A DNA stretch of 64,000 bases from Acidimicrobiia bacterium UBA4744 (lineage in GTDB: Bacteria; Actinomycetota; Acidimicrobiia; Spongiisociales; UBA4744): the NCBI GenBank assembly GCA_002403855.1, contig DHIO01000006.1, forward strand, positions 111,356 through 175,355, given 5' to 3'. Positions 10,626 to 20,294 of this stretch are shown here, in pieces. Every line of letters begins with the position of its first letter. Within the stretch, counting starts at the first letter, position 1. A program made the position numbers and the translations under genes. Below the pieces are notes generated by a model that made no database searches, was not told the DNA's origin, and worked only from the letters and a program-made list of their open reading frames with translations.

Positions 10626-11162
10626 ATGCATCAACACTGGCCGGGAGAATTCGTCTACTGCCCGCTGTGCGCCACACGGCTAGAGCAGCGGCGGGTTGGG
10701 GGGAAGCTGCGGCCGGTATGCCCATCGTGCGGCTACATCCATTTCAGGAATCCCGGCGTCGGTGTGGCGGCGCTGGTACAGAACGACGAGGGCCGCGTCC
10801 TCATGATCCGGCGCGGTCCTCAGGCCACGCAATCGGGACTGTGGGCGATACCCGCCGGATACGTCGACTACGGGGAGGATGTCCGGGAGGCGGCCGCCCG
10901 GGAGATGCTCGAGGAGACGGGACTCGAGGTCGCCATCGGCGAACCGATCTACGTCGCTTCCAATTTCCACGACCCTGCGAAGCTGACCGTCGGTATCTGG
11001 TTTCACGGGACCGTTACGGGTGGTCGCCTCGAGGCCGGCGATGATGCGGACGACGTGGGTTATTTCCCGCTGGAAGATCTCCCCCCGCTGGCGTTCGAAA
11101 CCGACGAGGCCCTCTTCGCCCGGCTTCGTTCTGAGCGGCGCGCCGGGGAGGCGATCGGCTAG
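10626..11162 (+). CDS. NUDIX hydrolase with N-terminal Cys4 zinc ribbon
   Basis: Contains a CPLC...CPSC zinc ribbon followed by the Nudix box GYVDYGEDVREAAAREMLEETGL. Confidence 0.8.
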   Translation: MHQHWPGEFVYCPLCATRLEQRRVGGKLRPVCPSCGYIHFRNPGVGVAALVQNDEGRVLMIRRGPQATQSGLWAIPAGYVDYGEDVREAAAREMLEETGLEVAIGEPIYVASNFHDPAKLTVGIWFHGTVTGGRLEAGDDADDVGYFPLEDLPPLAFETDEALFARLRSERRAGEAIG

Positions 11163-11803
11163 AGGTTCGACCTGCCTTCTCGCCGTGGCGGGAACGGCCC
11201 GCTTGTGAAAGGTGGTTCCCACCGGGCGATCTCCCGCCAGACCGCATTGGGTTCCATGGTGATCACCTCCGCGTGCTCCGGTTTGTCGTCTCCGAACGAA
11301 TAGATCGATCGGCCGGCCAGCGCCAGGCGGGCGGCCTGGACGGGATCCTGGTGCGATACCACGACCAGTTCTCCCTCAGGATGGACGGCATGCCAGCGGC
11401 GGATGGCGGTCACCATCCGGTCCGTCATCTCACCGAGGGACTCAGGGGAGAACGGTAGGTTCCAGGGGTGGGCCAGATAGGCGTCGATCTCTCCTGGGAA
11501 ACGGTCGTCCAGTTCCTCCCATCGAAACCCTCGCCAACGTCGCGAAAGGCCGTATTCCGTCAACTCCTCGACGAGGGTGACCTCGATTTCGTGGGGAGCG
11601 GCAATCACCTCCGCAGTCTGTAACGCCCGGGTGAGAGGGGACGAGTACACCGCCCCGATGGGACGACCGGACAGGAACATTCCGACGGCTCGGGCCTGGG
11701 CTCGTCCGGTTGCACTCAGGACGTACTCCTGGAGGTCCGCATAGACGACGTGGTTGGGGTTCTCAACCTCCCCATGCCGGACCAGGTGCACGTTCGATGC
11801 CAT
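11159..11803 (-). CDS. histidine phosphatase family protein (phosphoglycerate mutase-like)
   Basis: The internal start MASNVHLVRHGEV carries the RHG catalytic motif, and SSPLTRALQTAE follows. The upstream extension of the ORF is probably untranslated. Confidence 0.7.
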   Translation of the reverse strand: MASNVHLVRHGEVENPNHVVYADLQEYVLSATGRAQARAVGMFLSGRPIGAVYSSPLTRALQTAEVIAAPHEIEVTLVEELTEYGLSRRWRGFRWEELDDRFPGEIDAYLAHPWNLPFSPESLGEMTDRMVTAIRRWHAVHPEGELVVVSHQDPVQAARLALAGRSIYSFGDDKPEHAEVITMEPNAVWREIARWEPPFTSGPFPPRREGRSNL

Positions 11804-11851
11804 GGACCGGGAGTGTAGGAACGGGGCCGGTCTCTGAGCTACCTTGGGAAG

Positions 11852-13036
11852 ATGGAAGCCTTCACCGAATCCGTCCTGCACGTCGACATGGACGCGTTCT
11901 TCGTTGAGGTCGAACGCCGGGAGAGGGTGGATTTGCGAGGCCGTCCGGTCGTCGTCGGAGGAACCGGCCGCCGAGGTGTCGTTGCCGCGGCATCGTACGA
12001 AGCTCGCGCATACGGTATCTATTCAGCGATGCCAATGGTCCACGCCCGGCGGTTGTGCCCATCGGTCGTCGTCCTTCCTCCCGATCACCACAAGTACCGG
12101 GCCGCTTCCGAGCAGGTCTTCCGAATCCTCCGTTCGTTCACTCCCGTCGTCGAAAGCCTCTCGGTGGATGAGGCCTTTCTTGATGTAAGGGGCCTCCGTC
12201 GCCATTACTCGGATCCGGTGGGTGTCGGTATGGGAATCCGAGACCGGCTCCGCCAGGACCTCGAGCTTCCCGCTTCGGTCGGCATCGCCGTCAACAAGTT
12301 CCTCGCCAAGCTTGCCTCCGAGGCGGCCAAGCCGGACGGTCTTCGGCACGTACCTGCCAACGAATCACTCGCGTTTCTACATCCGCTTCCGGTGCGATTG
12401 CTGTGGGGCGTCGGCGAGGCGACGCACGCATCACTGGAACGGCTGGGCGTAGCCACCGTGGGAGACCTTGCCGAGGTCCCGGAAGCGACGCTCAAGAAGC
12501 ACCTCGGCGAAGCAGCGGGAGCCCATCTTCATGAGCTCTCGTGGGGCCGCGATTCCCGCTCCGTGGTCCCTGAATCGGTGGCGAAGTCGATCTCCGTCGA
12601 GGAAACGTACGAACATGATCTCCGTGGAAAGGAATCCGTTGAAGGGGAGTTGCTCCGGCATGCCAACCGGCTCTCGAGTCGATTGCGGACTGCCGGAGTC
12701 ACCGGGAGGGCGCTGACCTTGAAGATCCGCTACGCGGACTTCACCACGTTGACGCGTTCGGTCACGTTGGAGACTCCAACGGACGTGGCCCGCGATCTCT
12801 ACCGGGCAGCTCGGGACAACCTCCTCGGAAAATTCGCGCTCGACGCCAAGCCGATCCGGTTGATCGGAGTGAGCATGGCCCGGTTGACCTCGGCGAACGC
12901 TCCGCGCCAATTGGCCGTTGATCGGCCTGCCAAATGGGACGATCTTGCCGACGCCGTCGAACATGTTCGGCAGCGATACGGTTCGGGGTCGATCGGGCCG
13001 GCGAGGTTGGTCGGAGACCCCGAACGGGAAGAATGA
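11852..13036 (+). CDS. dinB: DNA polymerase IV (Y-family translesion polymerase)
   Basis: VLHVDMDAFFVEVERRE...SYEARAYGIYSAMPM is the canonical DinB N-terminus, in a protein of 394 aa. Confidence 0.9.
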   Translation: MEAFTESVLHVDMDAFFVEVERRERVDLRGRPVVVGGTGRRGVVAAASYEARAYGIYSAMPMVHARRLCPSVVVLPPDHHKYRAASEQVFRILRSFTPVVESLSVDEAFLDVRGLRRHYSDPVGVGMGIRDRLRQDLELPASVGIAVNKFLAKLASEAAKPDGLRHVPANESLAFLHPLPVRLLWGVGEATHASLERLGVATVGDLAEVPEATLKKHLGEAAGAHLHELSWGRDSRSVVPESVAKSISVEETYEHDLRGKESVEGELLRHANRLSSRLRTAGVTGRALTLKIRYADFTTLTRSVTLETPTDVARDLYRAARDNLLGKFALDAKPIRLIGVSMARLTSANAPRQLAVDRPAKWDDLADAVEHVRQRYGSGSIGPARLVGDPEREE

Positions 13037-13125
13037 CAGGATTCCCGTTTCCCCCCTTCCACAAACCTGTCGCATCGTATAATGTCGTCACGGTCGCGAT
13101 GGGAGCGACTCAACGGGAGATCCCG

Positions 13126-13479
13126 ATGCCATTGGACGAGCGAGAACAGCGCATACTCCAGGAGATCGAGCGGAGGTTCTACGAGGAGGACCCCGACCTG
13201 GCCCATACCGTGCGCAGCATCCAGAAGTCCGCCAGCTCGCGGCGCAGCCTTTACCTGGCCGTGGCCGGGCTCATAGTCGGTATCGGGCTCACCCTCGCTA
13301 CATTTGCCTTCAACCAGTGGCTGGCGCTGGCCGGCTTCGTCGTGATGGTTGTTTCCGGCACCGCCCTGGTTCAAGTGCTCAGGAGGCGCGCCGGAAAGGC
13401 TCCGATCGGCCTTTCCGCAGCCGGCTCGATGGGGGATTGGCTGAACAGAATCAAGGGGAAGGGACCATTTCGGCGCTGA
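13126..13479 (+). CDS. DUF3040 family small membrane protein
   Basis: The internal ATG gives MPLDEREQRILQEIERRFYEEDPDLAHTV, followed by two TM helices, which is the DUF3040 signature. The upstream part of the ORF is Arg-rich and non-genic. Confidence 0.65.
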   Translation: MPLDEREQRILQEIERRFYEEDPDLAHTVRSIQKSASSRRSLYLAVAGLIVGIGLTLATFAFNQWLALAGFVVMVVSGTALVQVLRRRAGKAPIGLSAAGSMGDWLNRIKGKGPFRR

Positions 13480-13629
13480 GCAATTCAGCGAGCTAGAGTG
13501 GCGCATTCAACGGTCTTGATCACCGACTCCGGGGGGCCCAGCGGGGGGTCGGGGACCGACCAGAAGGGCAGGACAGGCGGCTGACGATCACTCCCTGATG
13601 CCGCCGGGAAATACTGTGGGGAGTAAGGA

Positions 13630-14133
13630 TTGGACGACGGGTTCACCGCGCAGCAGGCATCACAATTGACCGGCTGCACTCAGCATCAACTCCGGTACTG
13701 GGACCGGGTCGATTTAGTCAGACCTTCAATTCAGGGAACGGGCGGCCGGCCCGGGGTGCGACGCCTGTACTCGTTTCGGGATCTTGTCGCACTGCGGGTC
13801 GTCCGGAGTCTCCTGGACAACGGGATGTCGGTTCAGCGCGTGCGCAGGGCGTGGGACTATCTACGGCGGAACGCCGATATGGATTCACACCTTTCCGAGG
13901 TGAAGCTGGTGACCGACGGCAAGACGATCTTTCGGGTTGCGTCAGATGACGATGAGCTGCTCGACGCTCTGCGGGAGGGACAACTTGCTTTCTTCATCGC
14001 CATCGACAGCATCACCAGGGCGGTCGAAGAGGACGTCACTCGCTTCGAGTTGGATCGGGACTCGTTTCTCGAGATTCTCCGACGGGTGGAAGACGACGTC
14101 GTCACCGAAGCAGCCGAAGCGGCGGGTGGCTAG
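13630..14133 (+). CDS. MerR-family transcriptional regulator
   Basis: N-terminal MerR HTH (FTAQQASQLTGCTQHQLRYWDRVDLVRP...YSFRDLVALRVVRSLLDNGMSVQRV). The C-terminus converges on the transglutaminase gene. Confidence 0.75.
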   Translation: MDDGFTAQQASQLTGCTQHQLRYWDRVDLVRPSIQGTGGRPGVRRLYSFRDLVALRVVRSLLDNGMSVQRVRRAWDYLRRNADMDSHLSEVKLVTDGKTIFRVASDDDELLDALREGQLAFFIAIDSITRAVEEDVTRFELDRDSFLEILRRVEDDVVTEAAEAAGG

Positions 14134-16508
14134 TCCCACCACTTGAGGGAATGCAACCGCAGCCACGACCTTGCTCGGTCGAAAGGCCGGTAGAGATCGC
14201 GGAGGTAATCCTCAGTCTGTTCGAATGATTCAATCGCCTGCCCGAGCTTGGCTGTTGGTAGCGACCCTTCCGGCCCAAAGACGGCCTCCGCCACGTTCCT
14301 GGACAGCGGGACCAGCGAACGATGAACGGACGAAGCCACTTCTGCGTGTGTTTGGTCCGGGGTGGGGGCACGCCCCAGGTCGGTGAGCCGGTCGACGATC
14401 TCGTCCCAGGCGGCCGTGATGTCTCCGTGCTTCAGCCTCCTCAATCTCCGGCGTCTTCTGATCCATTTGGCGAGCGGAATGGCTCCGACGATCAGTGCCA
14501 CCGCCAGGAGCATGGCCTGGAAGGGCGTGATACGGATCCGGTTGGAGGTTTCGAGCGGCAGTCCGTCGGGGCCCAGAGGGACGAGTTGATCCTCGAAATC
14601 CGGCACGTTCGGGTTGACCGGCTGTCCATCGCCCGCCGGCCCTTCGGTCGGGTCGATTGGTTCCTCCGGCTCGGGTACGAAGCTGCGAGCGTCGAAGCCG
14701 ACGCCGACGGCGTTGATATTGGTCGATGGGTTGGCCTGGTCGCCGCGCGGCGTCGGATCGAACCGGGTCCATCCTTGGCCGTTCATCCACAACTCCACCC
14801 AGGCATGGGCGTTCTTACCCCGGACGAGGATGCGGCCGTCCTCCAGTCTTTCACCGGGGGTGAATCCCAGGACTACCCGGCTGGGTATGGATAGCGAGCG
14901 AGCCATCGCCGCCATGGCGGTCGCGAACTGCTCGCAATAGCCGGTGCGATAGTTGGGACTGTCCTGGTCGAGGATCCAGTCGGCGAGGTTACGGGCCGAA
15001 TGGCCCGCGTCGATATCAATCGAATAGGTGAACTCCTCCGGATCGCGGAACCAGGCTTCCAGCAAGAGGGCTTTTTCGAATGCGGTCGCTCCGTCCTCGG
15101 TCAACTCAGTGGCCTTGGTTGCCAGCGCCGGGTCGAACTCGCCGGGAAGATCGAGGTATTGGTCGATGTCTTCGGGACGAACCAGGCTCTGACCGGTCGG
15201 AGCTCTGGGCTGCACTACGAAGACACCGCGGTCCGCCGCCTCCTGAAAAATCGGCGAGAGCCGATCACGTTGACCCGGCTGACTGGCAAGCACGCCGAGG
15301 TCCGGAACCGGCACATTGGACACCACCCGGTAGGTGAGCCCTTCCCACGTTCTGACATCGAGCGGAATCGACCCGTCGGCGCGGACCCGGAAACTCTGGT
15401 TGAGCAACACCTGGTCGGAGTTGATCCAGATTGCAGAATGCAGCGTCGGCAAGGCGTTTTGGGCAAGAGCGCCAATCGTGATGGTCTGAGTCACGGGCAC
15501 TGTGTCGCCCTTGAACGCGTGCTCAGGGTCCTCCCAGGGGTCGCCCTCCCGCGGCGTGCGAGCCGCCAGTCTGCCCGGGAACCAGTTCTCGCCGTCGAAC
15601 TCCTCCAGGGTGAAGAGCTTCCAATAGAGGTTGCCGGGGACTTGATCACCCTCGACTTCCGCAATGAACACGGGGTCTTCACTCCGTGAGACGAGGTCGG
15701 TCTGGGTGATGTTGGCGAACAAGTTGAAAGAAACACCGCCGAAGATTCCCCCGCCGAGTCCGGTCTGGGCTCGCCAGTCGAGGAAGCCGCTGATCGGCAC
15801 CAGACCGGCTGCGGCGCTCGATCCGACCACCGAGATGATCACCGCGATGGCCACGAACACGGTTGGGAAGAGGGGAGCGCTCATGGGGAGTCGACCGCTG
15901 GTGAAGCGGCGACGCAATCGCCCTGCGGTGGCGGCCCGTTCGTCGAGGGCGACCGCCGTCAGGGCAAGAGAAGCAATGGCCAGGAAAGCCGTCGTCCAAC
16001 CGACACTCGGCGGCACCCGGTCGATCGTGGCGATCTGCAAGTAGAACAAAAGGGGAGGAAGGAGGGCCACGGTGGGGTGGTTTGTCAGCAATCCCCAGGC
16101 CAGCAGCGTACCCAGAACCCAGAAGACCATTGTGAGAATGAGGATCAATCCGGCGGACGGGAAAACCGGTGCGGCCCCGAACCTGATGAGCTCGATGGCG
16201 AAACCCAGCTCGGTGTCGAGGGTCGAAAACGTATCGAGGGTTGGTACGAAACCGAACAGCAACGTATCGGAGGCACCCAGTCGGAATGCCGCCAGCAGCA
16301 GGCCGCCCAGGTTGAGCAGGACGGTCCCGGTGCGGCCCACCCGGTACGAAAGGGCGGTCCAAGTGATGACCGCTCCCAGCAACGCCCCGGCGAACAGGGC
16401 GAGTTGCCAGGGTGGGCCGCCTTCGATAGGCCGGAGCAGTCGCACCAGGCGCACGAGGGCGAGAACAATGGCCGCTCCGCCCGCTAGCCAGCTGAAGCGG
16501 TACGCCAT
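14130..16508 (-). CDS. transglutaminase-domain membrane protein (TgpA-like)
   Basis: 792 aa with N-terminal multi-TM region and a transglutaminase core with catalytic Cys (GYCEQFATAMAAMARSLSIPSRVVLGF...GKNAHAWVELWMNGQGWTRFDPTP). It is the last gene of the moxR-DUF58 triad. Confidence 0.85.
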   Translation of the reverse strand: MAYRFSWLAGGAAIVLALVRLVRLLRPIEGGPPWQLALFAGALLGAVITWTALSYRVGRTGTVLLNLGGLLLAAFRLGASDTLLFGFVPTLDTFSTLDTELGFAIELIRFGAAPVFPSAGLILILTMVFWVLGTLLAWGLLTNHPTVALLPPLLFYLQIATIDRVPPSVGWTTAFLAIASLALTAVALDERAATAGRLRRRFTSGRLPMSAPLFPTVFVAIAVIISVVGSSAAAGLVPISGFLDWRAQTGLGGGIFGGVSFNLFANITQTDLVSRSEDPVFIAEVEGDQVPGNLYWKLFTLEEFDGENWFPGRLAARTPREGDPWEDPEHAFKGDTVPVTQTITIGALAQNALPTLHSAIWINSDQVLLNQSFRVRADGSIPLDVRTWEGLTYRVVSNVPVPDLGVLASQPGQRDRLSPIFQEAADRGVFVVQPRAPTGQSLVRPEDIDQYLDLPGEFDPALATKATELTEDGATAFEKALLLEAWFRDPEEFTYSIDIDAGHSARNLADWILDQDSPNYRTGYCEQFATAMAAMARSLSIPSRVVLGFTPGERLEDGRILVRGKNAHAWVELWMNGQGWTRFDPTPRGDQANPSTNINAVGVGFDARSFVPEPEEPIDPTEGPAGDGQPVNPNVPDFEDQLVPLGPDGLPLETSNRIRITPFQAMLLAVALIVGAIPLAKWIRRRRRLRRLKHGDITAAWDEIVDRLTDLGRAPTPDQTHAEVASSVHRSLVPLSRNVAEAVFGPEGSLPTAKLGQAIESFEQTEDYLRDLYRPFDRARSWLRLHSLKWWD

Positions 16509-17668
16509 TGTGAACTCGTCGCATCGAGCCAGGCTGTGGCCCAGCTGCCTTCGGGCCGGATCGCCATTGTGAGAGTACCCGCCCGGCGGAAACTGGAAAG
16601 GGTGACCGACGTTTGTGGTGCCACAGACATGAGAACGGTCGAGGAGAAGTTGCGGGTGAGGAGGTGGTCGACGGCGAGCAGCTCGCCATCCGGAGTGCCG
16701 GTCACCAATACGAGGGCACCACCCCGACCGCCCCGCTGCAAACGGAGGGCGGCGGCGCGGAGGTCGAGTCCTTCCGCGGGTTGTACACCGGCCAGGGCCT
16801 CCATCGACCTGGCGTACGAGTCGGGCTCGTCACTGCTGATGGGTGCGCCACCCGTCCAGAGATCGGCGTCGAATCCGGATGTGAGTAGGTGACGGATGAC
16901 CGAGGCGGCACCGCTGACCGCCTTTTCGAAGGCCTCCATGCCGTCGTAGCTGTGACGGCGGCCGTCGAAGAAGACCAATGCCCGGGACTGCCACGGCGTC
17001 TCCAATTGGCGGATCATCAGTTCGTCGAGCTTCGCGGTGGACGGCCAGTGCACGCGTCTGAGATCATCGCCCGTCTGATATTCACGGAGGGTGTAGAAGT
17101 CCTCTCCGCCGTGATGGCTGAACTCGGGTTGGGACGCATACATCGAGGGGTCCAGGCCTCGCAAGACCGGCAGACCCGACAGTTGTTCTACCGACGGATA
17201 CACGATCAAGCGGTCTGATTCGCCGAGGAGTTGGCTGCGGTCGGCCAGGCGGAGAGGGTCGGTCACCGAAAGCCGAAGGGGTCCGACGTCGTAGATACCG
17301 CGCGGTTTGCACAGAATCTGGTATGTGGCGGTGACCGTCTCGTCCGGCGCAAGTCGCGCTGCCGCGAAACGAGCCGAACCCAGGCCGGCAACCTCATCCT
17401 CAGCGACCAGGTTCCAAACCCGCTGCGGTCCTACGTTGGTCAGGGATGCTTCGACGACGGTCTGCTCTCCCTCGTGAACGAGATTGGGGGAAAGGCGCCG
17501 GGTGACGGCCACCGTCGGGTTGGAGCGTCGGACGAACATGAAAGCCACCGTCGTGGCGACGGCCAACAGCAAACCGATACTCAAGAGCTCGGGTTCGCCC
17601 AGTGCTATCCAGAGAACGAACAGGGCCAGGCTGGCTCCGAGCGCCGCCCAACCCCTGTCCGTGAGCAT
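16484..17668 (-). CDS. DUF58 domain protein
   Basis: Two N-terminal TM helices followed by a DUF58 region (VHWPSTAKLDELMIRQ). Overlaps both neighbours in the operon. Confidence 0.8.
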   Translation of the reverse strand: MLTDRGWAALGASLALFVLWIALGEPELLSIGLLLAVATTVAFMFVRRSNPTVAVTRRLSPNLVHEGEQTVVEASLTNVGPQRVWNLVAEDEVAGLGSARFAAARLAPDETVTATYQILCKPRGIYDVGPLRLSVTDPLRLADRSQLLGESDRLIVYPSVEQLSGLPVLRGLDPSMYASQPEFSHHGGEDFYTLREYQTGDDLRRVHWPSTAKLDELMIRQLETPWQSRALVFFDGRRHSYDGMEAFEKAVSGAASVIRHLLTSGFDADLWTGGAPISSDEPDSYARSMEALAGVQPAEGLDLRAAALRLQRGGRGGALVLVTGTPDGELLAVDHLLTRNFSSTVLMSVAPQTSVTLSSFRRAGTLTMAIRPEGSWATAWLDATSSQWRTASAG

Positions 17669-18648
17669 CAGCCGGTCGCCCGAGTGCCCGGCACGCGCAA
17701 GTGGTGGAGCACCGAGTCGAGAACGTCGCTGATAGTTGTTCCGCGCATCTGGGCTTCCGGTCGCATCGCCATCCGATGCTCGAGCACCGTGCCCGCCACC
17801 GACTTGATGTCATCGGGCGTCACGTACTCGCGGCCGTCGACGGCCGCCCGAACCCGAGCCACTCGCTGAAGGTGCAACGCCGCACGTGGTGAAGCACCGA
17901 GCATGAGCTCACCATGGCGCCTACTCGCCTCGACGAGATCGACGATGTATCCCTGAATGGAGGGTGCCACATGCACATGGTTGGCAACCTCGGCCATTTC
18001 GAGGACCTGGTCACCGGTCACAACCGGCTTGAGGTCGTCGAACGTGGAGCGGATCCCGTGCGTCCGAAGGATCTCTAGCTCCTTGCTCCGGACCGGATAT
18101 CCGACCACCAGCTTCATCATGAACCGATCGAGTTGGGACTCCGGAAGGGGATACGTGCCCTCGTGCTCGAGCGGGTTCTGAGTTGCGCCGACCATGAACG
18201 GGCCACTAAGAGGGCGGGTTGAGCCGTCGACCGTCACCTGCCGTTCTTCCATTGCCTCGAGGAGCGCAGCCTGGGTCTTGGGGCTTGCCCGGTTGATCTC
18301 ATCGCCCAGGACGATGTTGGCGAAAATAGCGCCCGGTTTGAAGACAAATTCGCTCTTCTGCCGGTCCCAGATCGAAACGCCGGTTATGTCCGAGGGAAGG
18401 AGATCCGGGGTGAATTGAACCCGGTTGAAGCTGCAATCGATCGACCTTGCGAGCGACTTTGCCAGCAGCGTCTTGCCCACTCCCGGTACGTCCTCGATCA
18501 ATACGTGCCCCTGGGCTACCAGGCACATCGTCATCAGCTCGATCACTTCACGCTTTCCTTGAATGACCTCTTCAATGTTCGAAACGATCGCTTCGAAACG
18601 CTCCGCAAACCACTGGACACGGTCGGCCGTAGGGGTGACGTCACTCAA
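17668..18648 (-). CDS. moxR: MoxR-family AAA+ ATPase
   Basis: Walker A GVPGVGKT and Walker B VLGDEINRASPKTQAALLEAMEE. 326 aa. Confidence 0.9.
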   Translation of the reverse strand: MSDVTPTADRVQWFAERFEAIVSNIEEVIQGKREVIELMTMCLVAQGHVLIEDVPGVGKTLLAKSLARSIDCSFNRVQFTPDLLPSDITGVSIWDRQKSEFVFKPGAIFANIVLGDEINRASPKTQAALLEAMEERQVTVDGSTRPLSGPFMVGATQNPLEHEGTYPLPESQLDRFMMKLVVGYPVRSKELEILRTHGIRSTFDDLKPVVTGDQVLEMAEVANHVHVAPSIQGYIVDLVEASRRHGELMLGASPRAALHLQRVARVRAAVDGREYVTPDDIKSVAGTVLEHRMAMRPEAQMRGTTISDVLDSVLHHLRVPGTRATG

Positions 18649-18757
18649 GGGGTTCTGGTCTCCTCAACAGATTCGCCGGAAGCCTATCAGAGGTTCGCCT
18701 TTGCGCTCCGCCCTCGTCCCATATAATCAAGACAGCGTTTGGGGCGAGAGGAGGCAT

Positions 18758-18997
18758 GTGCGCTGGGCACTTGGGGCGGTCGCGCGGCATCCCAGGCTGT
18801 GGCCTGAGGCTGTTCGCACACTCGTGGCGCTGTCACCCGATGGGTGGTGGCGGAGTTTCCCGTTTGTTCCGCGCCTGGACCCCGGCCACGCCGCGTGGCG
18901 AATCGCGACTGCGTATGGAACGGAGACGGCAGCGTTGCCGGAGGATGACCTCATCCACTATCTCGCATGGCGGAGAAAACAGCGGAGCGTCGAGTGA
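18758..18997 (+). CDS. hypothetical protein (80 aa)
   Basis: The GTG at 18758 lies 3 nt after a GAGAGGAGG Shine-Dalgarno sequence. The frame reads VRWALGAVARHPRLWPEAVRTLVALSPDGWWRSF... and has a balanced composition. The alternative frame (MCAGHLG...) is Arg-rich junk. Confidence 0.4.
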   Translation: MRWALGAVARHPRLWPEAVRTLVALSPDGWWRSFPFVPRLDPGHAAWRIATAYGTETAALPEDDLIHYLAWRRKQRSVE

Positions 18998-19647
18998 ACG
19001 AGGATCTGCGCGAGGCGCTGTCGGCGATCGAAGGAGTCGAAAGGTCCGAAGTCGAATCGACCGACAACGGCCCTCTCGCCATCCGAGTCCGGCTCGAGCG
19101 TGGCGCCGACCGGATCGCGGTGGCGGAGGACGTGCAACGCCTGCTCGAGGCTCACGGTCTGCGGTCCAGGGTGGCTCCCGATCGACGGGAGCCCGGTCCC
19201 GACGTGCCCCCGCCCCCACCGGCGGAACCGCAACGACCGCCGTCACCGTCCCGGGCCCCCGCCCCGGGCCGGACCCGTGCCGCCCCCGAAGCGCCCAGCA
19301 CATCGAACCGATCGCCAACTTCACAGGGGGTGGAATCGGTAACGGTATCCGAGACGCTGGAAGCCTTTGTTGTAACGGTGGTTGCCGACCGAGGGCGATC
19401 CGCCACGCGTCGGGCGCGGCGCACCGAGCAAGCTCTCAGTGAAGCCATCGTTGCCGCTGTTGGAGAACTGGTCGACCCGGAGGCCCTCCCTTCCGGTCTG
19501 CGTGCCATCGAACATTCGGAAGGATTTCCGGCTATGACCGTCTATCTGGAAGGGCCGGATGGCGGGATCCAGGTAGGGGCCACTCTCATCGCCGCCGGCC
19601 GCCATTTCGCGCTTGCACAGGCAGTCTGGGCAGCCTTGCAGGCCTAG
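18994..19647 (+). CDS. hypothetical two-domain protein with a Pro-rich linker
   Basis: GTGA overlap with the preceding ORF suggests coupling (an alternative ATG lies at 18967). An N-domain of about 70 aa and a C-domain of about 90 aa are joined by PDRREPGPDVPPPPPAEPQRPPSPSRAPAPG. No recognised motif. Confidence 0.4.
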   Translation: MNEDLREALSAIEGVERSEVESTDNGPLAIRVRLERGADRIAVAEDVQRLLEAHGLRSRVAPDRREPGPDVPPPPPAEPQRPPSPSRAPAPGRTRAAPEAPSTSNRSPTSQGVESVTVSETLEAFVVTVVADRGRSATRRARRTEQALSEAIVAAVGELVDPEALPSGLRAIEHSEGFPAMTVYLEGPDGGIQVGATLIAAGRHFALAQAVWAALQA

Positions 19648-19668
19648 GGTTGGGCTCGCTTCGTCGGC

Positions 19669-20181
19669 TCAGGATGCTCGGGCCGAGGTCACTTCCTCCG
19701 CAAACGGAATCAGTTCGATCAGAACGTCGCGGTCGGAGACGTCCTCAGAGGTGGGCACGGCAACCTCTGAGAACTGGGTGCGATAGACATCTTGTTTCGT
19801 CAACACATCTCTGATCAACATCCGGCTCGGATCGGTTGCGGGCTCAGAGAGGGCGGGCAGGTCTCCTTCGTCGGTGCTGATCACGTTGACGCCGCGTACG
19901 CGAAGGTCGTGCAGCAGGACCTCCTGCACCATCAGGTCGGCGGACAAGACTGCCAAGTCGGGGATAAGGACCGTGTCGACGTGTCCCGCCGAGACTATCC
20001 CCAGTAGGGCGCGATATCCGTCGCGGCGGTCGATGGTGTCCCCGCTCAGCGTGTCCTGACACACCGCCACCAACTGACAACGATTGTGAGCTACCCAGCG
20101 CCGGATTCGCTCTGATTGGACGAACACGGGGTCGCCGCTGTCGGGCCCCGGGGCGTCGCGTACATACCCAATCACCCGCAT
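19669..20181 (-). CDS. resolvase-like (serine-recombinase catalytic-fold) domain protein lacking an HTH, probably catalytically inactive
   Basis: MRVIGYVR...QSERIRRWVAHNRCQLVAVCQDTLSGDTIDRRDGYRALLGIVSAGHVDTVLIPDLAVLSAD...VNVISTDEG follows the resolvase N-domain pattern. The VSTxxQ serine motif is replaced by DAPGPDSGD, and the DRLSR arginines are absent. An alternative GTG start lies at 20220. Confidence 0.55.
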   Translation of the reverse strand: MRVIGYVRDAPGPDSGDPVFVQSERIRRWVAHNRCQLVAVCQDTLSGDTIDRRDGYRALLGIVSAGHVDTVLIPDLAVLSADLMVQEVLLHDLRVRGVNVISTDEGDLPALSEPATDPSRMLIRDVLTKQDVYRTQFSEVAVPTSEDVSDRDVLIELIPFAEEVTSARAS

Positions 20182-20294
20182 GGGTTGAGTTTCGTTATGG
20201 CCACCGCCTGTGTCAAGCACCTCTACGCTGCGTGGCGACGGGAAGTGGATCTGCCACCGTTGAAACGGGTCCCCTAGTAGTGTGCGCTATCCGA

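Noticed and set aside
18756-19442. 228-aa ORF starting MCAGHLGRS directly after the AGGAGG sequence.
   Set aside because: The product is extremely Arg/Gly-rich. The alternative frame starting at GTG 18758 gives a balanced, protein-like sequence.
19669-20220. Possibility that the resolvase-like gene marks an active transposon or integrated element.
   Set aside because: The catalytic Ser/Arg motifs and HTH are missing. No inverted or direct repeats, integrase, or tRNA flank it. It is treated as a degenerate or domesticated fold instead.
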